DNA of 64,000 nt from Eledone cirrhosa (taxonomy: Eukaryota), in NCBI GenBank assembly GCA_964016885.1, contig CAXHJY010000461.1, positions 34,831 to 98,830 of the forward strand, read 5' to 3'. Below the pieces are notes generated by a model. That model searched no databases, had not been told where the DNA came from, and saw only the letters and a list, made by a program, of their open reading frames with translations. Numbering within the stretch: position 1 is the first letter of the stretch; each line of letters starts with the position of its first letter. Below are positions 50,940 through 64,000 of this stretch, in pieces. Made by a program: the position numbers and the translations under genes.

Positions 50940-51739
50940 ACAAACAAATCCATTTTATCCAATTCTTCCAGTCAGTGGTTCCCAAACATTGCTGCATGCC
51001 CCATAGGTGCAGTAGAAGAGGATAGAAGGTACAGTGGAATGATTGAAAGACAATCAAAGATTTAGAAACAGTTTTAAAAAAATGATATGCCAAAAATAAA
51101 TATGATATCAAAATTTAAAATACTATTATGGATTACTTGTAATTTTGTATCATAGCAATACTATTATTCATTGTTTTTTTATATATACATACACACACAT
51201 ATATATATGGGCCTTCCAGTTTCATTTCACATTATATACATGTCTGTGTATATTTTAATCATTTAAAAATTATTTTTAAGTGAATGTGATTTTAAAAAAA
51301 CAAATTTTAAGTGAATGTGACCCGTTGGGTCACAGGTGGTCTAGTATACTACTAAAACTCTGTGACTGCTTTCTCGTTTGCTTGTCTCCAATGTAATACA
51401 GCCAGAAGGGCACATAATGAGAAAATACGTTGACAGGAAGTTGACTCTGAAATGGGAATACAAATAGAATAAAACAAGTTTCGCGTAAATCGGAGCACAA
51501 GTTCCGAGAGCATAGAGAGAAAGAGATAGTGGTTGTGAGAGAGTACATTGAAAGAGAGAAAAGGAAAATGGAAGAGAAAGAGAGAGTTGGTGGTGTTGTT
51601 GAATGAAATTATAACCGGTGACTTCAAAGAAACGAATACAGCATTACTGTATCCTACTAAATAGAAAGGGTTTCTAAGTGTACGCGCGTGAATATATATA
51701 TAGATATATATAGAAGTAGTTCCACAACACTTAGTGCAC

Positions 51740-51788
51740 CATACCGAGAACAAATGTTTCACCTTAAGCGGATCTTCAGCTCAGTCTG
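51740..51788 (-). ncRNA. Type I hammerhead ribozyme motif downstream of a Penelope ORF
   Basis: CAGACTGAG-CTGAAGA-tCCgcttaaGGt-GAAA-CAttTG-TT-CTCGGTATG; stem I pairs 8 of 9. Confidence 0.6.
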
Positions 51789-51989
51789 AGTGGAGTTGTA
51801 CAGAAAAGGAAAAACAACTGTATGAATACGCATGCGCAGAAACGGTCACTTCTTCTAGGCAATGTAATCCCATGGTCAAATGGTGTAAGAGAGATAACTG
51901 CAAATGTCCGGAATAAATTATTCGAGTTGATCAGAATATTAGAATGTTGAAGTTATTCATCTGGAGCTTTGTAATTATGCAAGACGTGT

Positions 51990-52300
51990 TTCCAGACTTG
52001 TGGACATGAAAAAGCTCATTTCTTGAATTTAGGCAATCGTTATTGCATAATCTACTTAGGATATTGATCCTTTCTTCAATGCACAGTCCACAGGACGGAT
52101 TACCCCTTGCGTATGGCTTGGACTTAGTGATAGCTTTCCATTGAATAGAGTAGTCTACGCCTGAGTCTTTGAGGGACCAAATGTGGCTTGCGAGTTTTGT
52201 GGACGATCGTTTGTCCGGGTATCTAAAAGTCGACTGATGGTTCAGGAAACATTCCTTAAATCGGCCCCCTGCCTTACCTACCTAGGATTTAATCTCTTGT
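51990..52300 (-). pseudogene. Penelope-like element GIY-YIG endonuclease C-terminal fragment
   Basis: FKECFLNHQSTF..STKLASHIWSLK..IQWKAI..PY..CGLCIEERINI..LNSRNE. Confidence 0.8.
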
Positions 52301-53282
52301 TGTTGATTTGGTCGGTTGGAAGTGATTACAGCAGGTGTATTGCATTGTTGTTGAAGGAGACAAGCTTCAGGATTTTGGCAAGAGCATCATGGTAGGGTGC
52401 TGCTCTTAGGGCTGTTGGTAATGTGGGCCTTCATATTCTAAGCACAGAAGTATCCTACTTTCAATCTTAGGTCACGGGTAGTCTAGTATATTATACCAAC
52501 CACTTTACCATTTTTTTTAGTTTTAATTACTTTTTTGTTTTGTTTTACAAATTGTTTTATTCACAGTTGATCAAATATTGATGGAAATTGTTATCTACAT
52601 TTTGCAAAATGTCTAGGAGACTTGGTTTTACTATTCTTATTCTAGATCTTTCCAAAACAACAATTTCCAATAACTCTCCCTAATGAAAAGTTTGAACAAT
52701 CCTTAGACTTGCCTATAAATTTTTTTCTGGTTCCGAGTGATCCCATGTTAAAAAACATATACTGCTTCCTAGCATGTTTTCAAATCTCCCAATTCTTTTC
52801 TGCTTGTTTATCAACTCTCTAACTTTCATGTGTACATTAACTCTTAACGTATTGAACCACATGAAACCACATTATCAATACATTCTAGAAAAGTAAAAAG
52901 CAAAACAAAACAAAACAAATACCCATGCCCCCCAGCAAATGGACTGCATTACATTAAATATTAAAGTAGTTATCTAATACAGCAAATTTCCACAACGTCC
53001 TGCTAATTAGTAAAGATACTATAAGCATTTGATTTAACAAAATCCATCTATCGATACTTTACTGTTAAATCATTACAGGATATTAAGAATTAAAATACAC
53101 AGAATATTTTTTATGAAATACATTGGTTGTTGCGCTGTGAATGTTTGCTAACTATATTCTGCTATATAACCGTTACTTTATTGACTTGCAGAGTTAAAAT
53201 CAACTCTGGCGAAGTTTGAAGTTACCACCCCCATCATCATCATCATCGTCTATCGACTATAAATTGCACTCATGTCAAAGCA

Positions 53283-53470
53283 CAATAACTGTTTCTACTT
53301 TAGGCACAAGGCCAGCAATTACCCAGTGCATTACTGGTACTTTATTTTATCGACCCCGTAAGGATGAAAGGCAAAGTCAACCTCGGCGGGATTTGAACTC
53401 AGATCGTAAAGGGACGTAACTATGCTGGAAAGCATGGCGTCCGACCCTCTACCGATACTGCCAATCCACT
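53283..53470 (-). mobile_element. SINE (ATT-tail family)
   Basis: Reverse complement of the 39051 copy; partial copies at 53765-53885 and 56600-56870. Confidence 0.9.
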
Positions 53471-54123
53471 CAAAGCACAATAACGGTTGGTTGTGTTCCA
53501 TATCCCGTTACATCCAGAGCGTCACTGAAATGGGAATCGAGAAGGGTGAAATTAAATACTACAATGTAATTAGTTTGATGCACTATTCAGTCATTTTGAT
53601 TAGCTTTGGAATATGAAACTCATTTAAATTTAAAAAATAAATTAAGAAAATAATTTGTTGATACCCTAATAATTGAAAAATAACTTTTTCTTGTTTAACA
53701 TTATCAAAATATATTGTTTCTGTAACTAAATTAACAAACATTGCCTAACTTTTAAAATAATGGCTTGATTTAGGCACAAGGCCAACAATTGTGGGAGGAG
53801 AAAGTCGATTAAATCGACACCAGTGCGTTACTGGTACTTTATTCTATCGACCCCATAAGGATGAATGGCAAAGCTAACCTCGGCTCACCTAATTTTTAAA
53901 ATGATAATAAAGGCTACGAAGATTATTTTCCATATACTTGAATAATTTGGAAAATTAATTTTGTATAACTAAATTGATAATTCTTGAAAAAGTTAAGTTA
54001 AAATTTGTTCATATCACTATTTCCTGTACAAATTTCCTAGACATAATTTAAAGATAACCAAATTTTTTTGGCAAAAAAAACGAAAAAAAAAAAAAAAAAA
54101 CATCAGTCGACTTGACATATCAG

Positions 54124-54324
54124 CGAGCACGTCGCCATGGGGGTGGTGGCACTGGTTAGCACTACCCATTTCCCTGGTGTTTAATGTTGCCCATTTAGAT
54201 TTAAAAGAAAAGTGTTTATGAAATTAAAAGAAAAAAAAAATTCTGAAATATATTCCTTGCGAATTGGAGTTTTAAACCAGAATATTCTGAAGAACCCGAA
54301 CATTAAAACCTGGCTACGGGCCTG
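54124..54324. mobile_element. hAT-like MITE with 8-bp TSD
   Basis: CGAGCACGTCGCC / GGCTACGGGCCTG ends; flanks CATATCAG and CATATCAA. Confidence 0.65.
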
Positions 54325-54840
54325 CATATCAAAGACATTTTAAATTAAAAACATTAAATAAGAAAAATAAAAGATGATATAGAATGGCAAGCATTATACG
54401 ATAAAAAAAAGTGGGTACTGTGGTATCTGCTGTAGATACCGGGTGCACTACATATGATTAACGGATGTTTGCTTAATATTGTACAGCTGGTGTCCTGTAG
54501 AGCTGCCTGGATCATGACTGAAGTTACGATAACACCGCGACTGTATTTTTAATGAAATACACTATATTTCAATTAATTTTAGAAGAATTTTGTGGGATTT
54601 ACTAAAATGATTAATTATTTCATTACTAAGATGTTAACTTAACTTATGGATCTTATATAAAATTATGTTGGAAGGTTTTAATTTAAGTAGGAACACTTTA
54701 AAATGTGTGGTTTTGTTTTAGAACTAGAGCTGGCTTTGGCAGGGTTATATATTTCATATAGTGAGTTGAAAAACTTACTATATTGCACTTGAGACCCTAC
54801 CGTGTCTATATTTTGTATGTTTAAGCACCAGAGTGTAGGT

Positions 54841-55151
54841 CAGAGGTTCTCAAACCTTTTGGGCCACTGTCTCCCTCACGACCATGTAATGCCCTCAACG
54901 CCCCACACCCTTATTTCCAAAAAGACCTGCCTACATGCAAATTGTAAATAATATATAATAAATAAAATCGTTAATTTATATATAACAAATAATATATGTA
55001 TAGGTATAAATATTAAATATTTTTTTATTTCACTATATTTAAATATATGTATCATTTGATATTTAATATACTATTATATCATCTCTCCACCTCCACCCCG
55101 AGCTCCTCTAGTCCCCACGGGGCGGGGTAACACCCACTTTGAAAACCTCTG
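54841..55151. mobile_element. hAT (Charlie-like) MITE
   Basis: CAGAGGTTCTCAAA / TTTGAAAACCTCTG; TSD not evident. Confidence 0.75.
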
Positions 55152-58100
55152 GTAATTGGCATAAAAGGAGGATGGTGGCTTTGGATAGCATATCACCCCC
55201 GCCCCTAAATTTACTTTTCAATAGTGCACCCTCGGGATTTAGAAAATTTTACAGTGATATACTCAATCCGAAACTCTATCTGAGAATTATTGCGAATTGG
55301 AGTGCCCACCCAAAATTTTCGAAAGCCTCCCCCACCTCCACCCAACACCAAAGTCTGGTGTCGGACCTGAGTAAAAGGCATTCTAGAACACGAGCATACC
55401 GAATTTTTAGAGGTTATTTTGGACTACTTGATCTATTGTGCCTTTTAAGTTGTTTTGAGTACATCGTAAATTTTCCTTGTTTAAAAAACTGGAGCCTTTC
55501 TTTCACCACAACACAGAATTATTGCTTGCTAAATCTAGTAGAGATAGTAGCAAAATTTCCCTCAAACCAAACATTATCGTCTTAAAAGAAATATTCCATG
55601 AGGTGGATTCACTATCTCCGAGAAAAAACAAAACAAATAAAAACCAGATGACCAATGCTTGAAATAATAAGCCAGTTTGAACAAGTTTGATATAGGTCTA
55701 AACATAACAACTTGACTTGGTTTAAATGGATAAAACAATTTCTTCCCACCCATCCGCCCGCAGTAAAATGCTATAAGAAGCGATAAAGTAATACTTCTTA
55801 CAATGTTTTCATCACAACAGGGCATAAATAAACATCAAACGAAAATGAGAAGTGTTCAATACCCTAAGAGGCCTCCTAAAGAAAAAAATGAAGATCTGGA
55901 GATGTAAACATAACAACGTGTCAGGTAACATATTTCAGTGGAAGGAGGAAGGTAGAAGATTAGATCAAATTTGAACGTAAAGGGAGGTAACTAACATTTC
56001 TAGCAAAAATAAAATTAAGATTAATCTTTTGAAAAATACAAGTATACAACTATGAAAGTATTAAAAAAATAAACAGGAAGAGAGAAAAGAATTAATGAAA
56101 AAAAGGAAGACGAAGGGAAGGGACAAACACAACATCCCTGTATAGGTTGTATATCTCAGCTGTGCTCCACAGACAAGACTTAGAAAACTTAGACTATTCC
56201 ATCTCACTGGGCTCCTTCATGCGAGACAATGCACCCCTCCCAATTTTGCGAAGGTAAACGATAGCCGGGGGACCAAAGACACCCGAAGTATTGACGGCGA
56301 CCAGCACCAAAAGGAAATGATTGGTTAAGTGCTGGTACTTCGATATCTTCCGTTCCTCGCGTTACGGGTAACAATGCCTGGATTTGAGACCTAAACGACA
56401 AGGTCGGGACCAGAGAACAATTTGCAACGTGCGGCGTCCCAGATTATAAATTTATATCCCCGCATCCCACCCACTTAAATGGGAAAGGGTTATCCCGTCA
56501 CCACTAACATTTTGTTCCAATGGCAAAAGCGAATGGAAATGCCTAATCTTCTTTTGTAGAGATAATAAAAATAGTTTTTAATTCAAGCACAGATCCAGAA
56601 ATTTACATGGAAGTGTTAGTTGATTAAATCAACACGAGTACTTGACTGGAACTTTATTTTATCACTGGAAAGATGAAAGACGATGTTGACTTCTGTGTGG
56701 TTTGAACTTAGAACATTAAAAAATGTATATAGTGCAAAACATAAGGCCACAAATTTAGGAGTTAGTCGATTAAATCGGCTTCGGTTCTTGCTGGGTACTT
56801 TAATTTTCTCGAGTCTGGAAGATGAAATGGTAAGTTGAAATCGGAGGTATTTCAACTCAGTACGTAAAGAACAATAACCAAACCCTACAATGTTTTTTTT
56901 TTTTATTTTTTATTTCTCTAACATAAACGATTGCTTACTTGCGGGTGGTTGAAGTGTTAGTGATTGTTATTAGTGCAGGTGTTGGAGAAAATATACATCT
57001 TTGTAAAGAGCATAATCAACGCTCACACCCCGAAAAAAAAAAAAAAAAATTTACAGCTATTCAGTATCATCTAAACAAGCAGGTCCTTAACGACGGAAAC
57101 CAACATAACAACCTCATATCTCCAATAACACAAGGGAAACTAAATGTGTTCAAGCAAGTTGCTAGAAATAGCAGCCAAATCTACCATACTTTCTTGGAAA
57201 AAAAACGAAAACAAAAAAAAAATAGGGAAATACATATTATATAATGTAGTTCTAGATATCTGAAAGAAGAGGGAAAAAAAAAGACACACAGCCAAAGCAC
57301 GCTTGATCATACATCTGGTCAATGAAACATAACCTGGAGTTAAATATCAACAAAATTAAACAAAGCACTGTCTAATATATACTATTGTACATACATAAGC
57401 ATAAATACAGGAGTAGTGAAACTACAGACTAAAATATTATAAATTGGTGTATGAATATATATATATATACACATAAATGCATACACCGATTCATTTGTAG
57501 CAATAAAGACTGTACACTCATGTATAAATATATTTAGTAATAGTAATTTATAGTATACAGTAGTAAAGGACTTGTCTAGGCTGGTTGGCTCACATGAGTG
57601 TCACGTGCACGTACAAAGAAAGCCCGGATGCATTACGTCATCAACGGAAAGTAAAAACAAAAAATATACATTTCCATACTCATATATATATATATAATAT
57701 ATATATATACATATATTCATACACACAGGCATATATATATATATATATAATTTATTTATATATATATAATATATATATATATTTGTACACACACACACAG
57801 ACAAACCCACATATGTGTGTGTTTGTAAATTTGTAAATATAATATATATATATATATAAATAATATATATATAAAAAATACACATCGGTAAATACATGTA
57901 TATATTTATCTCTCTATATATAAATTAAATAAATAAATAAGTAGATTAAAAAAGGCAAACTATGAAAACGGTGTTAAGAAAGTTCCAACATTGAGGAAGA
58001 AATAAGATCGTTGCTCAACCAACAACAATATCAGCAGCAGCAACAGCATCAGCAGCAGCAGCATCAGCAGCAGCAAAGACCACATAAAAAACAACAAAAA

Positions 58101-58602
58101 CAGACTCCTAAGTGTGATTTGATCTCGTCTTGGTAAAACAGGAATATTATATGAATCTATAACTAAAAACCAAACTAAATTAATTAGACAACAACCAAAG
58201 ACAATACAGAAATTAAGTAAAGCTCCGGATAAGTCCCCCCTCCCCCCAGAAATGGCTACACCGGCGAGGAGAAGATTAATGAGGGATTTTATGAGGTAAA
58301 GACCATAGAAATTTCATCATATTTTTCATACACATTTTTCTCTTTCTGTATTTATATGTCTATATCTCTTGTCTTGTTTTCTCTCGTTGAAATAAACGTT
58401 CAATATGGCTTCTGCCACTATTTATATAATTATGTATATACATACATATATATTAACAAATATGTAAATACATATATATGCACGCACACACATACACAAA
58501 TATATATATATATATAAACATTTTTGTATTTGCTAACTACTTGTTCCTTTTTATTATTATTATACATATAAAGAAACCATTATTATTACTATTATTGTAC
58601 AT

Positions 58603-58633
<31 letters not shown>

Positions 58634-58855
58634 CACACACACACATGTGTGTGTGTTGTGTATGAATTGCTGTCCAGTCTTATACATTTCCTCTTCAGAT
58701 TTACCATATCTTTTACCAAACAAACATTCCTTGTTTGTTCTTTATTATTTCCTTAATTGTAAAACCTTGTTCAGGAACGGAATGGGGATGAGAGACTGGG
58801 GAAGTGGAGAAGAGTCAATATGGACTGTTGTTGATGGTGGCGGCGTTGTGTAATG

Positions 58856-59080
58856 AATGTGGGTAGGTCCCTACTGGACAGGCGTATGATCGTATCGTGT
58901 CTTTCCTTTTATGTATCTATGACTACCTTATCCAATGTGTCCTTTACATAACACATTGTGATTGTAATGTGAGTAGGTCCCCACTGGACAGGCGTATGAT
59001 CATATCGTGTCTTTCCCTTTATATTTCTGACTATATTATTCAGTGTGTCCCTTACATAACACATGATTGTGTGATTGTAA
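58856..59080. repeat. ~110-bp tandem duplication
   Basis: GTAGGTCCC.ACTGGACAGGCGTATGATC.TATCGTGTCTTTCC occurs twice. Confidence 0.85.
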
Positions 59081-60123
59081 TTTACGAGGGATTAAGCTGT
59101 TATTTCTACAATGAGTGATTACCTACATACTCCCTCCTTCGCACATATATGTATATATATTCAGAAAGCATCTGACTAGTTAGATTATTTACGCCTAACG
59201 AAACCACTAGTAATGTACGAATATATATATATATATATATTTGTATGTGTATATATTTGTGTGTGTGTGTGTACATGTATATATGCGTATATATATATGT
59301 GTATATTTGTATATGTGTATATTTGTATATTTGTATATGTTTATATGTATATAATTGTTTATATGTATATGTATATATGTTCATATATAATTGTTTATAT
59401 GTATATGTATATATGTTCATATATATGTGTATATATGTATGTGTATATATATATGTATGTGTGTGTGCGTATCTGTATGTACACACACACATACACACAG
59501 AAAGAAATATCGATTTTGAGTATGTGTGTATATGTGTGTATGCATGCATACATAAGCTAAAGACAATACAGACATTAACCAAGAATATGACTGTGAGAGG
59601 TCATCAAAACGTCTGGTGATTTCTACCCTTACTATTTCGGAAATATAGGCGCAGAGAGGGTTGGGCTCCGCCAGGCATAATTGCCAAAAAGTCGCCGTAT
59701 GTCAGGGCGGCACACTTTACCATACACATTCAACCAATTGAGGGCCCAAGACAAGGGCACTAAAGATAACCTTCTAACTAAAGAAAGACACCGTCTATGG
59801 GTTTCATATGAGTTTGAAGATGATCAAGAATTTGGAGGGATTTACTATTATAACTAACACTCTCATGATTAAGCTAGTATCTGTAATGCAATTTAACGAA
59901 GGTTTTTACATAAAACGATAGAAAGTTCTTTTTTTTTTGGGGGGGGGGGGGGATAACATAAACAGCTTTATATCATATAACCTGGAGCAGTTTCAGGCGG
60001 TTTGATATTAAAAGGGTTTAACTAAGGAAATTCTCCAAGCTGAACTATATAACCCAGCTGTTCCCCAACTGACAAATATCCTTCTATATACACACGCGCA
60101 CGCATATATATACATATTGATTG

Positions 60124-60155
<32 letters not shown>

Positions 60156-60504
60156 TATCATCATCATCATATATATATATATATATATATAGATCATCAT
60201 CATTGAAATGGCAAGAGTTCAGCCGTGGGGGGGGGGGGGGTCCCGACTCTTTCATATATAAATATGTATAAATAATCTGTCTCATCATATATAGTATATA
60301 TACATAATATATTTATATATGATATATATATAGTACATTATATATATATAACACACACATATATATAATATAAATGTATTATATATATAATATATCATAT
60401 ATATAATGTATTATATATGTATATCGTATATTATGTGTATATGTTATATATATAATATATATATATATTATATAATGTAGACATATATATATATATAAAT
60501 ATGT

Positions 60505-60542
<38 letters not shown>

Positions 60543-60899
60543 CGTCTAACCCATGCTAGCGTGGAAAAATGGAGGCCAAACGGTGATGAGGATGATAATG
60601 ATTATATATCATATATATATATTGTTCCAAACTCCATTGTTCTAACCTTTTCTCTCTTTCTCCCTCCAAACATATGTCTGAAATGTTAAAACCATCATTA
60701 ATTTGTCTTGTTCATTCTTGAATTATATATATATATAATCATCATCATCGCTTTTACTTTTTCTTGCTTGCATGGGGTGGACGGGTCTTTTTCAATCTCT
60801 CCACACGTTGCGATCCTTCGTCATCTCCACTCTGAGCTTCAGTGATTTGAGACCAGCTCTCATCACCTCTGCCCAGGATTTCTTTAGATATAAATATAT

Positions 60900-61400
60900 A
60901 AACATCCTGTCCACTCTGTAAAGTGATAATGTTGATGACATAACAAAAAGCACCCAGTCCAACCTGTAAAGTGGTCATATTGGTGACAACAAAAAGCACC
61001 TGGTCCATCCTGTAGGGTTATTGTGCTAGAGACAATGAAAAAGTACCCAATCCAACCTGACAGTTCTGGTGCCAGGATAAAAGGCACCTATTCCACACTC
61101 AAAATGTGGTTGGTGTTAGAAAGGGCATCCGGCCTTAGAATCCAAACCAGAAACAGTTATGGTGTGTGTGTATATATGTATGTATATATATATATATAAT
61201 ATATATATATAATATATATATATAATATATATATATATAATATATATATATATTTAGGGCATCCAGCTGTAGAAATCAAGCCAGATCAGTTCCTGTATGA
61301 GCAAGGCATGGTCAGCCGACCAGACACTGCACACAACAGGACAACCCGTCTAACCCATGCTAGCGTGGAAGAACGGACGTAAAATGGTGATGATGATGAT
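60900..61400 (+). mobile_element. RTE 3'UTR/tail fragments
   Basis: AAAAGCACCCAGTCC repeats and CTAACCCATGCTAGCGTGG..(TGA)n. Confidence 0.75.
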
Positions 61401-61419
61401 ATATAATATATATATATAT

Positions 61420-62155
61420 CTAATGCGGGTAAAATTCCCGAGATCCATGGACGAGTTCTCTCCAGAGGTCTCTGTCCCTCATTATCGCTGCCATGTCCTG
61501 CGTCTCCAACAGACCAGTGTCTGTCCTTAGGGGCATCAACATACGTAACCTTGGTCTTCCTCTTCTAGTGTGTCCATGTAGAGGCTCCCAAAGGAGTACT
61601 GAATGCAATGTCAATTCTGGATGTCGGTGAGCATGTCCAGCTAACCCCAGTCTCCTCTGTGTCACTTTTGAGCTGACTTTTGGGATGCTCCCATACAGCT
61701 CTGCGTTTTTTCATCCTCAGTGTATACTGATTAATGTTCAGAGCCATCCTCAGCATTCTCGTGTAGCACCCATCCACCATCTGATTGAGTCTCTTGGGTC
61801 AGTGTCCCAAGTCTCAGACCCATACAGCAGCACAGACTCCACTACAGCAATGAAGAGGCGGATTTTCAGGTCTCCTACGAAGGTCAGACTTCCACACCGA
61901 TCTGAAGCTGTGGCCCGCTGCCCAGGCCTTGCTCTTCCTCTCAACACATCATCTTCCGTATTCCCAATCTTTGCTCCCAAATACAGGAAGTCCTCAACCA
62001 ATTCCAGCGGCTTCCCGCCTACATTAGTGATCTCCCCTCTGGCTTCTCAACATTCTCCACCACATATTTTGTTTTAGTCTCATTCATTCTCAGCCCCCAC
62101 ACTCATCGACACAGTCTCAACCTCCCCGCATCAAATCCTCTGCCTCCTTCACTGT
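61420..62155 (-). mobile_element. RTE-group LINE 3' fragment, a distinct family
   Basis: VEDFLYLG, ESVLLYGSETW, DGCYTRMLR, RRLGLAGH..LLWEPLHG..RGRP. Confidence 0.85.
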
Positions 62156-62157
62156 AT

Positions 62158-62622
62158 TTGTATTATATATATATATATTATATATATTATATATATATAT
62201 ATATATTATATATTATATATATTATATATATATATATATATATTATATATATTATATATATTATATATATATATATATATATTATATTATATATATATAT
62301 TATTATATATATTATTATATATATATATTATATATATTTATTATATATATATATTATATATATATTTTATATATATATATTTATATTATATGTTATATAT
62401 ATATGTTATATATATATGTTATATATATTATATTATATATATTATTATTATATATATATTATATATATATATATTATATATATATTATATATATTATATA
62501 TTATATATATTATATATTATATATATTATATATTATATATATTATATATATTATATATATATATTATATATATTATATATATTATATATTATATATATTA
62601 TATATATATATTATATATATTA

Positions 62623-62707
<85 letters not shown>

Positions 62708-62785
62708 TATATATATATATTATATATATTATATATTATATATATATATATATTATATATATATATTATATATATATATGTTATA

Positions 62786-62831
<46 letters not shown>

Positions 62832-62853
62832 ATATATATATATATTATATATA

Positions 62854-62919
<66 letters not shown>

Positions 62920-63123
62920 ATATATTTTATATATATATTATATATATATATATATTTTATATATATATTATATATATATATATTTTATATATATATTATA
63001 TATATATATATTATATATATATATTATATATATATATTTTATATATATATTATATATATATATTTTATATATATATTATATATATATATATATTTTATAT
63101 ATATATTATATATATATTATATT

Positions 63124-63155
<32 letters not shown>

Positions 63156-63799
63156 TATATATATATTATATATATATATTTATATATATATTATATATAT
63201 ATATATATATTATATATATATATATTATATATATATTATATATATATATATATTATATATATATATATATTATATATATTATATATATATATTATATATA
63301 TATATTATATATATATATTATATATATAAATTATATATATATTATATATATAATATTATATATATATATTATATATATATATTATATATATATATTATAT
63401 ATATATATATTATATATATATATATTATATATATATATTATATATATATTATATATATATATATATTATATATATATATATTATATATATATATTTATAT
63501 ATATATATTATATATATATTATATTTATATATATATATTATATATATATATTATATATTATATATATATTATATATATATATTATATATATTATATATAT
63601 ATATATTATATATATTATATATATATATATTATATATATATTATATATATTATATATATATATATTATATATATTATATATATATATATTATATATATTA
63701 TATATATATATTATTATATATATTATATTATATATATATTATATATATATATATTATATATATATATATTATATATATGATATATTATATATTATATAT

Positions 63800-63868
<69 letters not shown>

Positions 63869-63870
63869 AT

Positions 63871-63904
<34 letters not shown>

Positions 63905-64000
63905 ATATTATATATATATATTATATATATATATTATATATATATTATATATATATTATATATATATATATTATATATATATTATATTATATATATTATA
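62158..64000. repeat. Compound (TA)n/(TTA)n microsatellite running off the window
   Basis: More than 1.8 kb of almost pure A/T. Confidence 0.98.

Larger units (their letters stand above)
51345..52486 (+). mobile_element. Helitron-like unit between two CTAG 3' ends
   Basis: Hairpin GTGACCCgttGGGTCAC..TCTAG|T at 51317-51344; second GGTCACGGGTAGTCTAG|T ending 52486. Confidence 0.55.

Noticed and set aside
55139-55585. 148-aa ORF as a host gene
   Set aside because: Non-ATG start, overlaps MITE ends, and no recognisable domain.
57990-58136. PolyQ exon (EEEIRSLLNQQQ..)
   Set aside because: Short, bounded by stops and without a good splice acceptor; best read as a CAG microsatellite.
62158-63329. 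Long Ile/Tyr ORFs (330 and 308 aa)
   Set aside because: Artefacts of (TA)n sequence; the same applies to ORFs at 57.6-60.7 kb.

Overview
AT-rich, repeat-saturated eukaryotic DNA with no recognisable host protein-coding gene. The SINE and RTE-tail motifs resemble those I recall from octopus genomes (inference, not searched). From ~3.7 to 22 kb there is a same-strand, head-to-tail chain of six decayed L1/Tx1-clade LINE pieces, interleaved with SINEs and one Ty3/Gypsy remnant. The rest holds RTE-clade LINE fragments, a full-length but dead DD37D (maT) Tc1/mariner, Helitron, Merlin, Penelope and CRE-like remnants, TTAA- and hAT-type MITEs, a 3.5-kb 25-bp satellite and a terminal (TA)n tract. The most interesting signals: (1) the LINE ORF1 stop lies inside a GTAAGT donor-like motif, with a pyrimidine-rich spacer and an in-phase AG that could splice ORF1 to ORF2; (2) the LINEs and a SINE share a 3' end and stack on (ATT)n tails; (3) several type I hammerhead ribozyme motifs; (4) a composite two-MITE hAT-like unit with 1.3 kb of cargo splitting a SINE. 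Family calls come from motif recognition by eye, and boundaries of decayed elements are approximate.
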